In this document: one piece after another, positions 14,321 to 28,423 of the stretch
Layout of the letters: the number at the start of each line of letters is the position of its first letter
Position numbering within the stretch: position 1 is the stretch's first letter
Source: Octopus vulgaris
Lineage: Eukaryota
Direction of reading: 5' to 3'
Length of the DNA stretch: 64,000 nt
Assembly: GCA_951406725.2 (NCBI GenBank)
Contig: OX597814.1
Location: forward strand, 205,220,001 to 205,284,000
Translations under genes and position numbers: made by a program
Notes under the pieces: generated by a model
Seen by the model: the letters and a program-made list of their open reading frames with translations, nothing else
Database searches by the model: none
What the model was told of the DNA's origin: nothing

Positions 14321-15964
14321 TACTCAACTTGTACTTATTTTATCAACCTCAAAAGAATGAAGGATAAAGTTAGCCTCAGCAGAATTTGAACTTAGAACAT
14401 AAGGATGAATGAAATATCACTAAGCATTTCACCTGGTGGGTTAATGATTTAGCCTTAATGGGGCCAGAGTAAAGGGAAATGTTAAAATACCTTGTAATAT
14501 ACAATTCTACAATTATTCTAATAATACATCCTGTTCATTCGCATCTAAAGACTTCATAAACTTTACAAATAGATTTGTGATGTCCCTCCCCTTATGTAGT
14601 TAATATCTCCAAGAAATAACAGCCAAATCTCCCTCTTATTAAATTCTACTGTTTTGAAAAGTGAATATGTATCGGATAATGTAGTCCTAGGTACACTCTG
14701 CCCAAGAATATATGGTGTAGTGGTCATGGCTGGAACATCTTTGATCATAAGTCAGTATGATAAGACTTGCCTAAACATCAACATAAAAACAATAACAACA
14801 TTCCAAAATGTAGTCCTAGATACACATTGCCTGATAGAATAAAGCAGTTGTCATATGTCTGTTTGACAGGACACTGCCTAAACAACAACAACAACATCAT
14901 CAAAAACATGAACAACCATAAGAACAGCAACATCCCATAACATAGTTCTAGGTATACAATACCTGTAACAGGCCAATCACCAGACTTTGGTGCCTGGGTG
15001 CCTGGGGGTGCTTCAGAATACTCTGGGTGGGCACTAATTTGTAACAATTCTAAAGTGGAGTCACTGAAGAGGAGCAAATCTGAGAGTGCACCATTGAAAA
15101 ATTAGGGGACAATGCCATCCAGTGCACTCCTTTAGCAATAGGCATGGCTCAAAAGATATGACATGATGGTCATGGTTGGAATGACTTTTACATGTCTGCT
15201 TGATAAGACTTGTCTAAACAATAACATCAAAAACAACCATAACAACAACATAAAAACTACAACAACCATAACAAATCAAACAATCCTAACATAAACCCAA
15301 AATGATATTCTTAAAAACTAAGATTCCTCTACAGGACCAGAAACTACTCCATCTCTCCGTACTTATTGAGTCCACAAAGCACTAATACATACCACATTAG
15401 AGTACACCAGAGTATGTTGGAATATAGCTCAAATAAATCATGGCGCAACTGTTGCGCACATACACACACACACACACAAGAACATATTAAAAACAACAAA
15501 TACTCGACTAATAAAGGAGCTGTCATTCAATGTCACATCAATCTACCATCCCCGGCTCATCAATGTGCTCTGTCCTCACTCTTCCACTGTTACAACAACA
15601 GCTCCTGCTCTTCTACACAATGTCCCATTTTCACCCAAGTACACCTGCTCTTTGTATCATCTCTAATGTATGTCACACTCACCAAAACCTGAACTGCACA
15701 TCCTTCTTCCTCTCCTCTTGCCATAATTAAAATCTACAACACTCTCTCTCTCTCTCTGCACATTTTCTCATACAAATATTAATCTGTGGAAATTCAAGCT
15801 AAACATTAAACACCAACCTCATCAATCTGGGATAAACCACAAGGGCCATAGGGACTGACCCTCTTCTTTGAACTAAATAATTAAAAACAAGCAAGCAAGT
15901 GACCCAATAACATCACCTTAAAGTGTCATAATGCCTAGTTTTCTAAGAATTTTAATTAGAAAAA

Positions 15965-16316
15965 CTAGCACTATGACCCGGCAACGCTGGGTCATAGTGC
16001 TAGTGCATGCATATACAGCTGCGTGCGTGCACACATACACATGAGTGCTGTCCAATCTCCGACCAATCACATACAGCTAGCTGGCATTCAATTGGCGTAT
16101 CAAGTTTTGGGCATTTTGATTGGGTTTTGGATAGAAAATTCACAAAAAAGTCACTTCTATTGATTTTTTAATGGCTTTGGAGAAATGTAATGATGTGCAC
16201 GACCACCCTTGGACGGTTTTGAATGACCATAGAAAGTGCGAGCCCTCTAACTGAAAAATTGTGGATTTGTATAAAGGACACACACGCAGAAATTTTGCTG
16301 TTTATATATAGAGAGA
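15965..16316 (-). mobile_element. Non-autonomous Helitron
   Basis: Minus strand begins TC (after A) and ends CTAG (before T), with a terminal hairpin actagcactatgacccggc-aac-gctgggtcatagtgctagt at 15964-16004; no TSD. Confidence 0.75.
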
Positions 16317-16829
16317 TAACAACTTTTAGTATTATTTTTGCTTCACTTCTATTGTGCCATACATTAAATATATTAACACAAACTTAACTATCGTTTTTCA
16401 TATGCATGATGTCCCTGAGTTACATATTTTCTAAACAGTATATATTTATTTTATGATTTTTTTTCCTCAGTATTTCAGAAAATACAGTGACGGTAACACT
16501 TTACTAATGAGATAACAATATGACCAAAACATGTCTGGAGTTATCTCTCATACATGCTGATATGATTAAAATATCAATAATGCTTTTTATCTCACGTTAT
16601 TATTGAACATTTTTTTCTATGCTCTCTGCGTTACAAGAAATGTGTTAAAACTCATAACTTGACTAACATAGTAATAATGTTGTTCTCTATATACAGTATG
16701 TATAGATGCTTACAGTAAAAGGAATACATATCAGTAGGTGTTTTACTCTCAATGTCTGAATGATAAGAAAGAGAAAGGAAGAAAATGCTAGAAGTGAATC
16801 ATCTTCTAGAGAAAGATACCAATGATTAA

Positions 16830-17051
16830 CCCTTTTGATACTAACCCGCCTGAAACTGTCTCTGGCTCTGTAGCACAAATGTCTTATTTTCAAAAATTCT
16901 GCTTCAAAATCTTCCACCAAACCTTAGTCACAATTTATGTTCCTAACACTAACTTAATGATAACTTAGTTATTTTACTAAATTCTTTGTTATATTTAAAA
17001 TTAATTGAGAGAGACACAGAGCATCTCAACATAAAAATAGTAATGAAAGGG
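16830..17051 (-). mobile_element. piggyBac-type MITE, family 1 (opposite orientation)
   Basis: TTAA TSD, CCCTTT/AAAGGG ends; body is the reverse complement of 10025-10244. Confidence 0.85.
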
Positions 17052-17211
17052 TTAAATAACAGAAAATGCCACCAGAAAAATACTGAAAATTGTGATGCAG
17101 TACTGTCATTATAGCAGAAAATCAGTTTCAGAATAGCAAAGAGAAAGTGGAATGAATTACTAAATCTAAAGAGTAACTGATTTCTCATTCAAACCATTAG
17201 GAATATCAGAC

Positions 17212-17256
<45 letters not shown>

Positions 17257-19027
17257 GTGCTGATATATACATGTACATGTCTATATGTGATGGTATGTGA
17301 ACGTATACGCCTATAACAGCTATATACTTCATCATATTCTATTTCAGGTGTGGAGCAATCCCAGCTTTTACAGCTCTTTACTGCTATATTTTCTCAATAC
17401 ATTTCAGTTGTATGATGATGAACAGTCAGGTACAGAGAGAAGATAAAAGAAAGTTCTGTTTCATGCTATAAATACTAGGAAACAGGCGTTGTTCTCGAAT
17501 GTTCTGAAACTTCTAAACTAAAATATCTCTTACTGATGTAATGGTGAGATTCTCATTCTTCATTTGGATACTGAGCCAATTAGATGTAATCGTACACACA
17601 GACAATATACATACGAATATAATGTGTGTATGTGTGTGTGTGTTTATATATATATATATATATTACAATCACAGACATACATATATATACATGCATGCAT
17701 ACATACATACACAGATATATATATATATATATACAAAATGAGAAAATGGAGAAATATATCTAAATCAATCATCAACCATCAGATGATACCCAAACAATAC
17801 TTTATTAAACCATTACACAATAGCAATGATATTATACATTAATATAGTACAAATATAACAAGAAATAGAAATAGAAATACATTTACATTTACATTTATAT
17901 ATATATATACATATATTTATATATACATATATATAGATATATGCATAACAGTAACAGGGAGTTTCTTTATGAAAAATATCAGATGTGTTTTTTCAAAGGC
18001 ATAAGGCCTAATCATAATTGTTATAAAATTAATCTCTAAATCACTGCAAATTATTTTTACTTCATATTGTATATTTTCTGAATCAATTAAATGAATGACA
18101 CAGGAACTTCAGACGAAAGCAGAGAATGAGATTCTTGTGAATGTTTTAGTTAGGGATTTCAAGATGACCAGAAGAAGAGACATCCAGAACAATGTAGAGG
18201 CTGCTAAGAAAGCGTCAAGATCAGTGATTCTCAACCAGGGTCTATGTAAGATTTTGTTAGAAATTATGTGCAATAAACTGGTTATACTTCAACAATACAC
18301 AAAATATTTTATTTTTCTCTACAATTCCTAATAATATTTCATTCCAAAAATATTATAGGAATTTTTAAACAATGAACGGCCAGGAGGGTCCAGCAAGGAA
18401 AATAGGTAAAAAATGGTTGAGAATTTCTGCTCTGGATGGTTCTGGCAGAAAAGAGGTGATTTGTGGGGTCAGTAGAAAGATGCCACTTGTATACAGGTCT
18501 CGGCTTGATTAACCAGGGTCAGCTTGTGTGTTTTAAGACCAGAAAGACCCAGTGACCACAAGATACAACACTGATGAGGTGTCCGAGTTTTATATTTATA
18601 GACGTATGTTGAAATAGCAATTTGGTATACAATGAGTTCTCTTACTTTCGTTATTGACTGTAAATCTGAAAAGTTGTGGTATAAAATAGAAGAATGCTGG
18701 ACTTGGCTTAGTGTTGAGTCAGGTTAGGGTCTCTATGATTTGGGCTAATTCTGAGTTTAAAATGCAGTTCAAAGGGCTACAAACACCAGACAATGCTCAT
18801 TAATATATGTTCTGGCTTGTAATGCCCTGAGTTGAAATTCTGCTATGGTCAACTTCTGGGGTCAATAAAATAAAGTACCAGTCTATCAGATAACCCCCAT
18901 CCCTTAGATATTTCTGACTTTGTGTCTAAATTAGAAACATTATACAATATATAATAAACAGTTGAGAATATGGTTTCAATTCTTGTGTGAAGGATTTCAT
19001 TTGTATTATTAAAAGTGTTGGATTTAA

Positions 19028-19228
19028 CTCTTTAGCTTTCAGATTACCCTGTCAAATGTAATCCTTATTTATTCACAATGTTTTGAATTAATCATGCATT
19101 ATCTCATAGCTTTGAGATTTCAATGAAGTGATTATTTTTAGAATGATATTGCAGGGTAGGTGTAAGACGTTGGATCTGCTGGTTTGAACTTAAAACATGT
19201 AGATATAGCCAGTTTAAATACTAAAGGG
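19028..19228. mobile_element. piggyBac-type MITE, family 2
   Basis: TTAA|CTCTTTAG…CTAAAGGG|TTAA with a body unrelated to family 1. Confidence 0.65.
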
Positions 19229-21546
19229 TTAAACTCGGTGAGGCCCCAAAGTAATATAAAGCTTGGAGGATCCTTCTTATAAAAGAAAATTTGCATCAGA
19301 AGATCTCATCAATACTGAAAACGTATATTCCTTTTAATTATTGCAAGGCCAGCCCTAAGCTGTAGTTTGTTTAACTTATGCCTAAATCTAGCCTTGGTTA
19401 CTAAAGCTCTTGAATAATATACAAGCATCACTAGTAAGTCATTGCCCTGCATGACAAAGCTCAGGCTCTGTGCCAATGCAGGGCAACAGCTATGACACAA
19501 TATCAATGAAACAAACAAGATTATTACATCTACAGCTTTGTTGTTGACAATGCATGTAGGTGTAAGTTCGATAGACAAGGAGTCACGTAACAGCTTCAAA
19601 ACCATTTGACTATAAAGAGAGATTTGTGGCAAACTGAAAGAAATGTTTAATGTACAGTGTAGATCCGAGAGCAATTAATTGTCTAAAAGCTACTCAAGTT
19701 AAAACTGGTGAGAGATCAGTTGTTTGGAGTTTAATCAGAGCAAAAGTTCAAACTTATAATCATGTGAATTATGTTGTTGAAAAATAAGGAAGTCAATTAG
19801 ATTAGAAAGGTTGTGGATCTATGGGCAATGTTAGGTTAGGTTTACATTAAAAAAAGGTAGAACTACTGGAACAGGGCTTATTTTTAGAGAGAGCTACATG
19901 GATATATAGACATGTGTGTGTGTGTGTGTGTGTGTGTGTTTTGCCTCTGCTTGTATGTGATTGTTGTTGTGTGTGTGTGCGACTGCTATATGAATTTATG
20001 TTTCTGAGTGTGTGTGTGTGTGTAAGTGTTCTTTTAGAGTGTTCTTTTGAAGTGACTGCTTGTTGTTTTGGACTGAGTTGTGTGTGTGTGCATGTATGCT
20101 TATATATAAGAGATTTGTCACTCTTTGTTTATATTTGTGAGTTTATATTTGTGTGTATGTTTTGGTTTTGCCAAAGGCCCACCTTGACTAAGTAGACTTA
20201 TGTCCAAAGACGTTCCAGCTACGACCATCCTGATTGTTCCTTTCGGGCAGTGTTTATAAACACTTAAATTATCTTTATTCTTTCTTTCTGTTCTTTTTTT
20301 TGTAGAATGTAGAGTAGTATTTCTCGTGGGTATGTGGGGGTGGGGTCAGGATAGAAGGGGGTAATGGAACAGGGGCCAAACATATTGTCATGTTTAATAA
20401 TATTGAAACTGATTTTAAACTTGTTCAAGATCATGGCAAAGAAAGAATTACATAGATGCAATTTTGTCTTCTCATTAATAAAGGAGGGATGTGGCAGAGG
20501 GGAAAGATAAGAATTTAACTTCTTTTTTTTTTTGAGGGGGTCTGGAATTTCATATTCTGAAATCCACTGCTTTAGGGTGTTATTTGAGGGGTGTTTGGCT
20601 GCTGCTTATAGTATGTCGAGTGACCGCATAGGGGCATCCTCGTTTGTTTGCATGTCTGTTTGTGGTATAACTGTTTAGGGATCTCGGTTAGAATTTCTGA
20701 CTGTAGGTGTTCAGTTGTTTGATCAACAAAATTGCCAAGCTTGTTGAATAAGAGGCCGAATATTCCGCAGACAGGTATCCCATTAATACTGTTTTCGCTG
20801 CCGAATCAGAATAATAAAACTGGACCTTTGCATTATTGGGTACAATCCATCCGACGGGCTTTTACATAGTTTTTGTTTACCAAATTCCATTCACAACATA
20901 GAAATCGATTCGAAGCTATAGAAAAGTAACACTTCCATGATGCCATGCAAAAGAAATCGAAACCAAGACCTCATGATTGCGAAGCGAACTTCTTAACCAT
21001 TCGACCATTCGATGTTTGAATGTTTGCGTATGCGTATGTGTGTGTATGTGTACAGCGTGTGTGTTCACTAGGTCTATATATGTGAGCATTTTGAGCATGT
21101 TTTAGTGCATATGCATGCATTATATACCCACACGTGCATGCGTGTATACACGAGTGCGTGAATATATGCAGTTAAGCGTGCTTCGGTGTACGGATGTGTC
21201 TGTGCGTGAACGCGCGTACCTTTTCGCGTGTAAGATGTGGATGTGCGCGCGTGCGTCTGTGCATTCAGGTATGTTATGTGACGAAGTGGATGAAGAGAGA
21301 GGGAGAAGGGAGAGGGGAACCGACTCTTGGACTAGAACTGAAAAATAATGGTGAATGCAGGAAGAGGGGGGGGGGGAGAATCTGCTAAGTTAAAAAAAAA
21401 GTTAGTGAAGTTTCCAGTCATTCAGTGAAGTCCAGTTGTGATCGGTGAACGCATCCAGCTAAGCTATGATGGTGGTGGTGGTGGTGGTGGTGTTAAAATG
21501 GCTAAGTTGGTTAGATTGACGAAAGACACACGAGGAGAACCTACCT

Positions 21547-21698
21547 AAGATGTCATCCCTGAAGCGAAACTACCAGTAAAAGAGTCCACATAAAGCGACG
21601 AAAAGTTACTGCCAAGAGAGGCAGCCTTTCGCCGAGGAAAGGCTGTAAAGAGGGAGCTTCGAGGTGGGCTGTCGAAAAACTGAAGGCTGAGAGACGGA

Positions 21699-21736
<38 letters not shown>

Positions 21737-21932
21737 TGAAAGAGTGAGAGGGAGGGAAGTGGAGGGAGAGAACAGAACTGCGAATATTTCTGAAAAGTGT
21801 AGGAGGAAGAAGAAAAAAAAACTCTGAGATTAGACTCATTTTTGACGTTTAACATCCGGGATATTGTGTGTATATATAATACTTGGTGTACCCTGTGTGT
21901 GTGTGTGTGTGTATGTATGTGTGTGCGTGCGT

Positions 21933-21973
<41 letters not shown>

Positions 21974-22127
21974 GTGAGGGGTGTTAGAGAGAGAGAGAGA
22001 GAAAGGGAGAGGAGGAGGAGGAGGAAGATTGTAATAAAGATACAGAGATTCTGTTGAGGAAGAATACACGACGGAATGAAGAGAGACAGCAGCAGCTGAG
22101 ACAGGCAGACGAGAGATTTTCGCACTC

Positions 22128-22169
<42 letters not shown>

Positions 22170-22200
22170 ACGCGCGCACACACACACTGGCAAACTTTTA
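21547..22200 (-). promoter_or_regulatory. CpG-enriched, (GA)n/(CA)n-rich promoter-like region with a candidate non-coding first exon ending at cttag|gtaggt
   Basis: Local CpG retention over ~21100-22200 in an otherwise CpG-poor window. Donor at 21546-21541. All three frames close before the donor. 5' boundary is uncertain. Confidence 0.35.
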
Positions 22201-23489
22201 CTTAGTTCTACCAACTTCTGTAACAGATCTTCTCTCAGTTTGTCTTACTCCCCTTCCCCCATATCTTGTTTTCCATTCCACTTCACCTCCACCCCCATCA
22301 CTTCTCTCTCTCTCATATCTCTTTTCTGCTTTCTCTTTTCTCCTCTCACTTCTTTTGCCTTCCTCCCTTCCCCTCTCTCTTCCCCCTCCCTTTATCTTCC
22401 ATTCCATGGACATACTTTAAAAATTCGCGATTTTCCTTTCAAAAACTTTCCACTCAGTACAAAAATCTCTATATTCCCCTGACTTTAAATCTTTAATTCT
22501 CCATTATTGTGGTTAATTAGTGTCTGGTGGATAATTATTGCAGACAATTAGTGCCAGGAGAGACTGGAATGGATGTTGATGATTGGTGCCAGGTGAGATT
22601 TCTTGATATCAGGTGAAATGTAGTAGACAAAGAAAAAAAATGATAATTCTAAAAACTGATAAAGAAATGGACTGGTCGACATTTTTTGAATTACAGAATT
22701 GTGGTTTCTGCATTCTTTTAGCAGAAAATTTATAGAGATTTTGTGTTCTATACTATTTTAAGAAACAAATGTGGTTGGTGTTAGGAAGGGCATCCAGCTG
22801 TAAAACCCAAACCAAAATAAACAATGGAATCTGGTGCAGACCCTGAACTTGTCAGCTCCTGTCAAGCCATCCAACCTGTGCCAACATGGAAAATGGACAT
22901 TTAATGATAATGATGATGACGATGTGATGATGATGGTTTAATGATGATGAAAATGATCAAGAAATCATCTAAATTATTTTGGTGTTTTCCACTTTTTTTT
23001 AAAGGACAGACATATGTTAATGAAAAAAATTAAAATCTTTTGCTGTTTTCCATCTTTTTAGGTTTGTGAAATAGCTTCAATTATAAATTTAAAATCAAGT
23101 TCATATAAATATAGATATAGACTTGGTGAGACTCTAAGCTGCCTAAAGCATGGGGTCCCCTTGTTCAAAATTTAAAAGCAGAAGGTCTTCCAAAAATTAA
23201 AAATGTGTTTTTGAATAATTTTAGGTATTTTGATGATGATGAGGGCCTTAAGCTGTGGCCTTTTTAATTTATTTTGCCTTAACCCAGCATTGGTTGAGGT
23301 CCTTTCACCTCATTTTATGATGCTTTGGATTCATACATAGCAAGTATTCAATAAATTCAGACATCCCTTAAACCCTTCTGCAATCCCAAGCCAATATAAT
23401 TATTTTCTGACATTAAGTGTGGTTGAGTTGTTAGAGCATTAGATACAAGGTTTTGTGGTTTTTGTTCTGATTCTCAACACTCTGAGTTC

Positions 23490-23785
23490 AAGGAACAGGC
23501 TGGCCAGTTGATCTTCGCTGAAGCCTGGAGTTTCTCCCAGGACGTTATCACACTTAAACTCTACTAACCCTCTATAGAAGAATGAGGTAGTACCCCCGCC
23601 ACCAACGTTGCCCGAATGGGAGAGAAGCACGAGTGCCTGATGGCACTCTGCATGCCACACGCCCAACCTCGGTCTACACTTGATCCAAGGATTCAGTTTG
23701 GTAAATGACATGAACTGTGGAAATAACAGCTTGATGAGCGGAGACCACACCTGCTCACCATCCAGGTAAAGCCAGAGAAAGGCAA
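23490..23785 (-). mobile_element. L1/Tx1-like LINE ORF2 fragment (post-RT region), adjoining a SINE head
   Basis: GC-rich open frame YLDGEQVWSPLIKLLFPQ…FYRGLVE…LASLF with no splice signals, fused directly to SINE sequence tctgagttcaa. Family assignment is from recalled resemblance only. Confidence 0.5.
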
Positions 23786-26700
23786 TAGCATAGCTAAGAG
23801 GATAGATGGGGACAGTCTGCCCTGGGTGATGCTTTTATGGGGGTGGCACTTCTGGATCTGATAGGATGGAGAGTGACAAACTCAAAGGCTGGATGGAGCA
23901 CACTCTCTCTACATCACTCCATGAGGGCCAACTTTGCTTTAAATTCTTTGGAGTTGATAGAAATGAGTCCCAATCAAGTACAGGGGTCGATGGTATAATT
24001 TTAGACTAGAAATAATTTATTCCACTAGGTGTTCTAGAACAAGGCTGTGGCCATGCTGAAGCACTGTTTTTCATAAATTGCATAACTAATGGTGGATCAA
24101 GTTTAATAATAGAGAACCTCCCCCTCTCGGGTGAAGTACTATACTGTACCTACAGTCAATCAGAAAATGGGAAAACATTCAGTAATTAGTAAAACACTTG
24201 GAAGACAACTAAGAGAAGCTGCTATAAAAGAGTTAAATGTCTGAGAACTGTTATTGTTAATGCAATTATAATTTTTAGATGATATAAATACCAATTGAGT
24301 ACTGAGGTTGATATAATTGATGCTCCCCACCAAGTATCAAGCCTCATGCCTATAGCAGAAAGAATTATTATCATTGTTGTTGGTATTATTATTATTATTA
24401 TTATTATTAATTTTGTGAGAAAACCATTTACAGTTTCCTTTCTTATATCAAAAAGTAATTAGTCTGCCTTGAAAATGCTGCATAAAACTGGTCAATGCTA
24501 ACAAATGCTGTTTGAGACTGTCCTAATATTTTAAAAGTTACAACTATGGCCTTTATTTCTGGAATGTGCCTCTGTCTGTCCTTTTGGGTTCTGACAGACA
24601 ATGTCTTCATAGATTTGGCCACACACCATTTGAACTACCCCAATTACCAATTGGACAATGGATCATTTGTTAACTGCCATAATATTATTTACCAATCCAA
24701 CAGCTTAGTATAATTTTGTCTTTGATTCATAGGACTGGAATGCATCTAAACCTTTGTACTTTGCACAGTTATCATACAGCTTGTACTTTTTGTTTTTTTG
24801 ATTTCTTCATATCACCTTATTACACTAATCAGCCCCCTCTCCACCAATTGATTTCTTCTAAGTATTCTCCAACTCCTGCTGTTGTTACATTATAGTAGAT
24901 CTGTATTTGTATCATACCATGCCTTCCCTGTAGGCAACATAGGTATAACCAACTATAGAGCAGTGACCTTGGTACACTGTTAGTAGTTTTCTAGGTTCTG
25001 ACTGAGCTCTTCCATTCACACAATCTATTTCTGTGTTGTATTTTTTATCAGTTTCATCTGTTCCTCTGTACAGCTCTGTTCTGATTCTCTGATGTCAGTG
25101 TCTTGATAGAAGTTAACTGTTCTCAACTTTAATTAATTTACATCTTCTTGGGGCAGGTTTGGCACATTTCTCTAACCCCTATTAATTCACCTCAGGTGAT
25201 TTAATTGACATTCTTAGTAGATTCCCCAGCCAGTTGCTGTTTGTAAAACAAACAGTTTTTTTTAAAGTTCAGAGATGACAGTTCAGTGTTTGTCTATGAC
25301 ATTTATAACTGCTGATGGGTTTTAGTCATCAAATGTGTTAATAGAGTCAGAGCTAGGCAAAAGAGTAGAGCAGATAAGGAGTCTCTCTAAAAGATTTCTC
25401 TTCCTGCATATATAGGGTTGTTTCGTTTTGTTTTAATAATCTCTTTGCTTTGCAGTAATATGATCATTTTCCATTTCAACATGGCATGGTTGATGTACCA
25501 CTGCTTTAATTATATTTACTGTCTCCAATATCAAAGAGTGTATTATGCTATCAAATGCTATAAGCTAATTAATTTATGCCATGATAAAGTTTTCTCATTT
25601 TGCTGTCTGCAATAATTACCTGATTTACAAGTAACTTCATTTCATGTGTGTACTCCTATTTCACTGTTTGTCTGCTAAGGTGCTATTAATTTCTAGATAA
25701 ACAGCAGTAAGCCTGTTAAAGGCTATAGATTTAAGGGCTTTGTATATTGTCGTTGAAGAAATTGTAAGTTTTAAGTGGGGGTTCTCTTTGTGTTTTGTGA
25801 ATCAATAGGCAATCATATTGTAACAAATCAAATGTTGATTCTGACCACAATCATCACCACCACTATTATCATCATCATTTAATGCCCATGTTCTATGGTG
25901 GCATGGGTCGGATAGTCTGACAAGTCTGAAGACTGCATCATGCTTTGATGTCAGCTTTGGCATGGTTTCTATGACTGAATGACCCTCCTGATGCCAACCA
26001 CTTAACAGTATGTACTGGAAGCTTTTTATCATGACACCACCAGCACTATCAAAGTTACCATGGAGTTTGACTGAGTGGGGCTACAATAGAGAAGGCAATC
26101 ATGCTATGGTTAATAAAGGGTTAAAGTGAGACACAAGGGGCCAGGAAAAACCTGTTTTCTTGCAGTAGGGGCACTACATGACTCCTCACATTATAGAAGT
26201 GTTCTGTTTACTAATTTACTGAATGCTGCGGCTACAAATTCACAAACCAGTTAGTCATTTCAACCTCAAATTAGAGCCAGAGTGAATTCCAGAGGCTTTC
26301 CAGTGGCTTACAATTTTAATTTTTTTTCCAAATGCCTCACAAATTGCACTTTATCATATATGTGAAATTTTTATCTTTTCTTATCTCTTACACTGTTTTC
26401 TTTTGTAAATCATCTTATTGAATTCTGTTTGTTTCTCATTTTCTCCTAAAATAAATATCTTTTGATGTTTTTGAATTTTGGGCGTCACAGAGGCAATAAC
26501 TAGTGACTATGACCTCTGGTGATATGCTGTGCTTGAGAAGACCTGTCAAGCCAAGTGAAATCACAGTTGTGGCTGATGCTGGTGTCACATAAGTAGCACT
26601 CGTGCCAGTGGCATGTAAAAAGCACCTTTTAAGCATTGGGCCTCGTGTAGGCAAAGTGGTAATGTTGGTAGTATGCGAAAAGCTCCTTTTGTGTGTTGGG

Positions 26701-26982
26701 CCTCACAGAGGCAATGACTAAGACCTTTGGCATTATGTCATGGTTGAGAAGACCCATCAAGCCAAGTAAAATCACAATCATGGCAGATACCGATGTCACA
26801 CAAATTGCACCTGTGCCAATGGCATGTAAAAGCACCCATTACACTCTTGGAGTGGTTGGTGATAGGAAGAGCATCCAGCAGTAGAAATCATGCCAAATCA
26901 GACTGGAATCTGGTGCAGCCTTTGAGCTTGCCAACCCTGGTCAAACCGTCCAACCCATGCCAGCATGGACAACAAATGCTAA

Positions 26983-27021
<39 letters not shown>

Positions 27022-27373
27022 TTGTTGAATCATCATTGTTCCATGTTTCTCCCAAAATGTCTGAATGTTTGTTAATATTACCTGTATGATCCAATGGTCC
27101 CTATGTTCTTCCAATATCTGAATGTCTGCTGATATTACTTATTGAAGTAAACTAAACAAGATTAACAAGGAAATATGATATATATATATATACACATATG
27201 TAAATGTGTGTGTGTGTGTGTGTGTGTCCATGAATGTGCATCTATATATATATATATTAAACGATGAGATGATGATATATGTATATCTTATCATCTCATC
27301 ATTTAATGTCTGTTTTCCATACGGGCATGAGTTGGACTACACACACACATGCACATGTGTGTGTGTGCATGTG

Positions 27374-27414
<41 letters not shown>

Positions 27415-27416
<2 letters not shown>

Positions 27417-27910
27417 AGGGAGACAAGCAGACACAAAGAAAGAGAGAAAGGATAGAGATGTTATAGTGATTCTTTGATAATTAGCCACATCCATTCCCTC
27501 TTCAAATTAAACACTCCTTAATTTTGAATCTAGAGTGAGTCAATGCAGTTATCCCACCCGAGTCAGTGGCCATGTGATTCAACACCTGAAAAAAAGACTG
27601 TTGCCCTTCCTCATCTGCCTAAGCAATGAGAGAAAAATGTAGACACCATATGGCCTCCAAGACTTGGTAGGAACAAGGAATGATGCTATCTTTAGACTAG
27701 AGTGGACTCTGCTAAAAGCATCCAAGAACCAGGTGTTGAATCACATGGCCACTGACTAGGGTGGGATAACTGCATTGACTCACTCTAGATTCGAAATTAA
27801 GGAGTGTTTAATTTGAAGAAGGAATGGATGTGGCTAATTAACAAAGAATCACTATAACATCTCTGTCTTTCCTCTCTTACTTCTGTCTTTCTGTTTGCCT
27901 GTCTCCCTAT
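27415..27910. repeat. Long inverted repeat, ~175-bp arms with a ~140-bp spacer
   Basis: 27415-27588 is the near reverse complement of 27730-27910. Confidence 0.92.
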
Positions 27911-27979
27911 TTATAGGTGCAGGTGTGGCTGCATGATAAGAACCTTGTATATACATACATACATACATACATACATTAT

Positions 27980-28024
<45 letters not shown>

Positions 28025-28249
28025 TGCCCCAGCATGGCCACAGCTCATAAGCTGAAACTGGAAAAATCAAATCATATATATATATATATATATATATGCA
28101 TATATATATATAACCCTACAGTCACTGATTTGTTCTGCTTTTTATATCTAATCCTACAGTCTCTTATGTGGTGGTTTAATAAAGTATGTGATTGAGTATT
28201 ATCTGGTAATTGATATTTGATTTAGATGTATTTCTCCATTTTCTTATCT

Positions 28250-28293
<44 letters not shown>

Positions 28294-28388
28294 ATCCAAA
28301 CAAGAAAGCACAAAAAAAACACAACAACGCGAGGACGTGGAACAAATATAGTATTATTGGATGCTCAGGAAAGAAGGAAAGAAGGAGG

Positions 28389-28423
28389 GTTTAATGTTTC
28401 GAGTGGAGCTCTTTGTCGGAAAC
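28389..28423 (-). ncRNA. Degenerate minimal hammerhead motif in a short element between (TA)n runs (~28290-28505)
   Basis: Minus strand GTTT-CCGACAA-A-GAG(ctcca)CTC-GAAAC-ATT-AAAC. Stems I and II pair; the core differs from CTGACGA by two transitions. Confidence 0.45.

Noticed and set aside
18566-18611. CAACA-CTGATGA…GTA-TGTTG
   Set aside because: GAAA core is absent; would require assuming a deletion.
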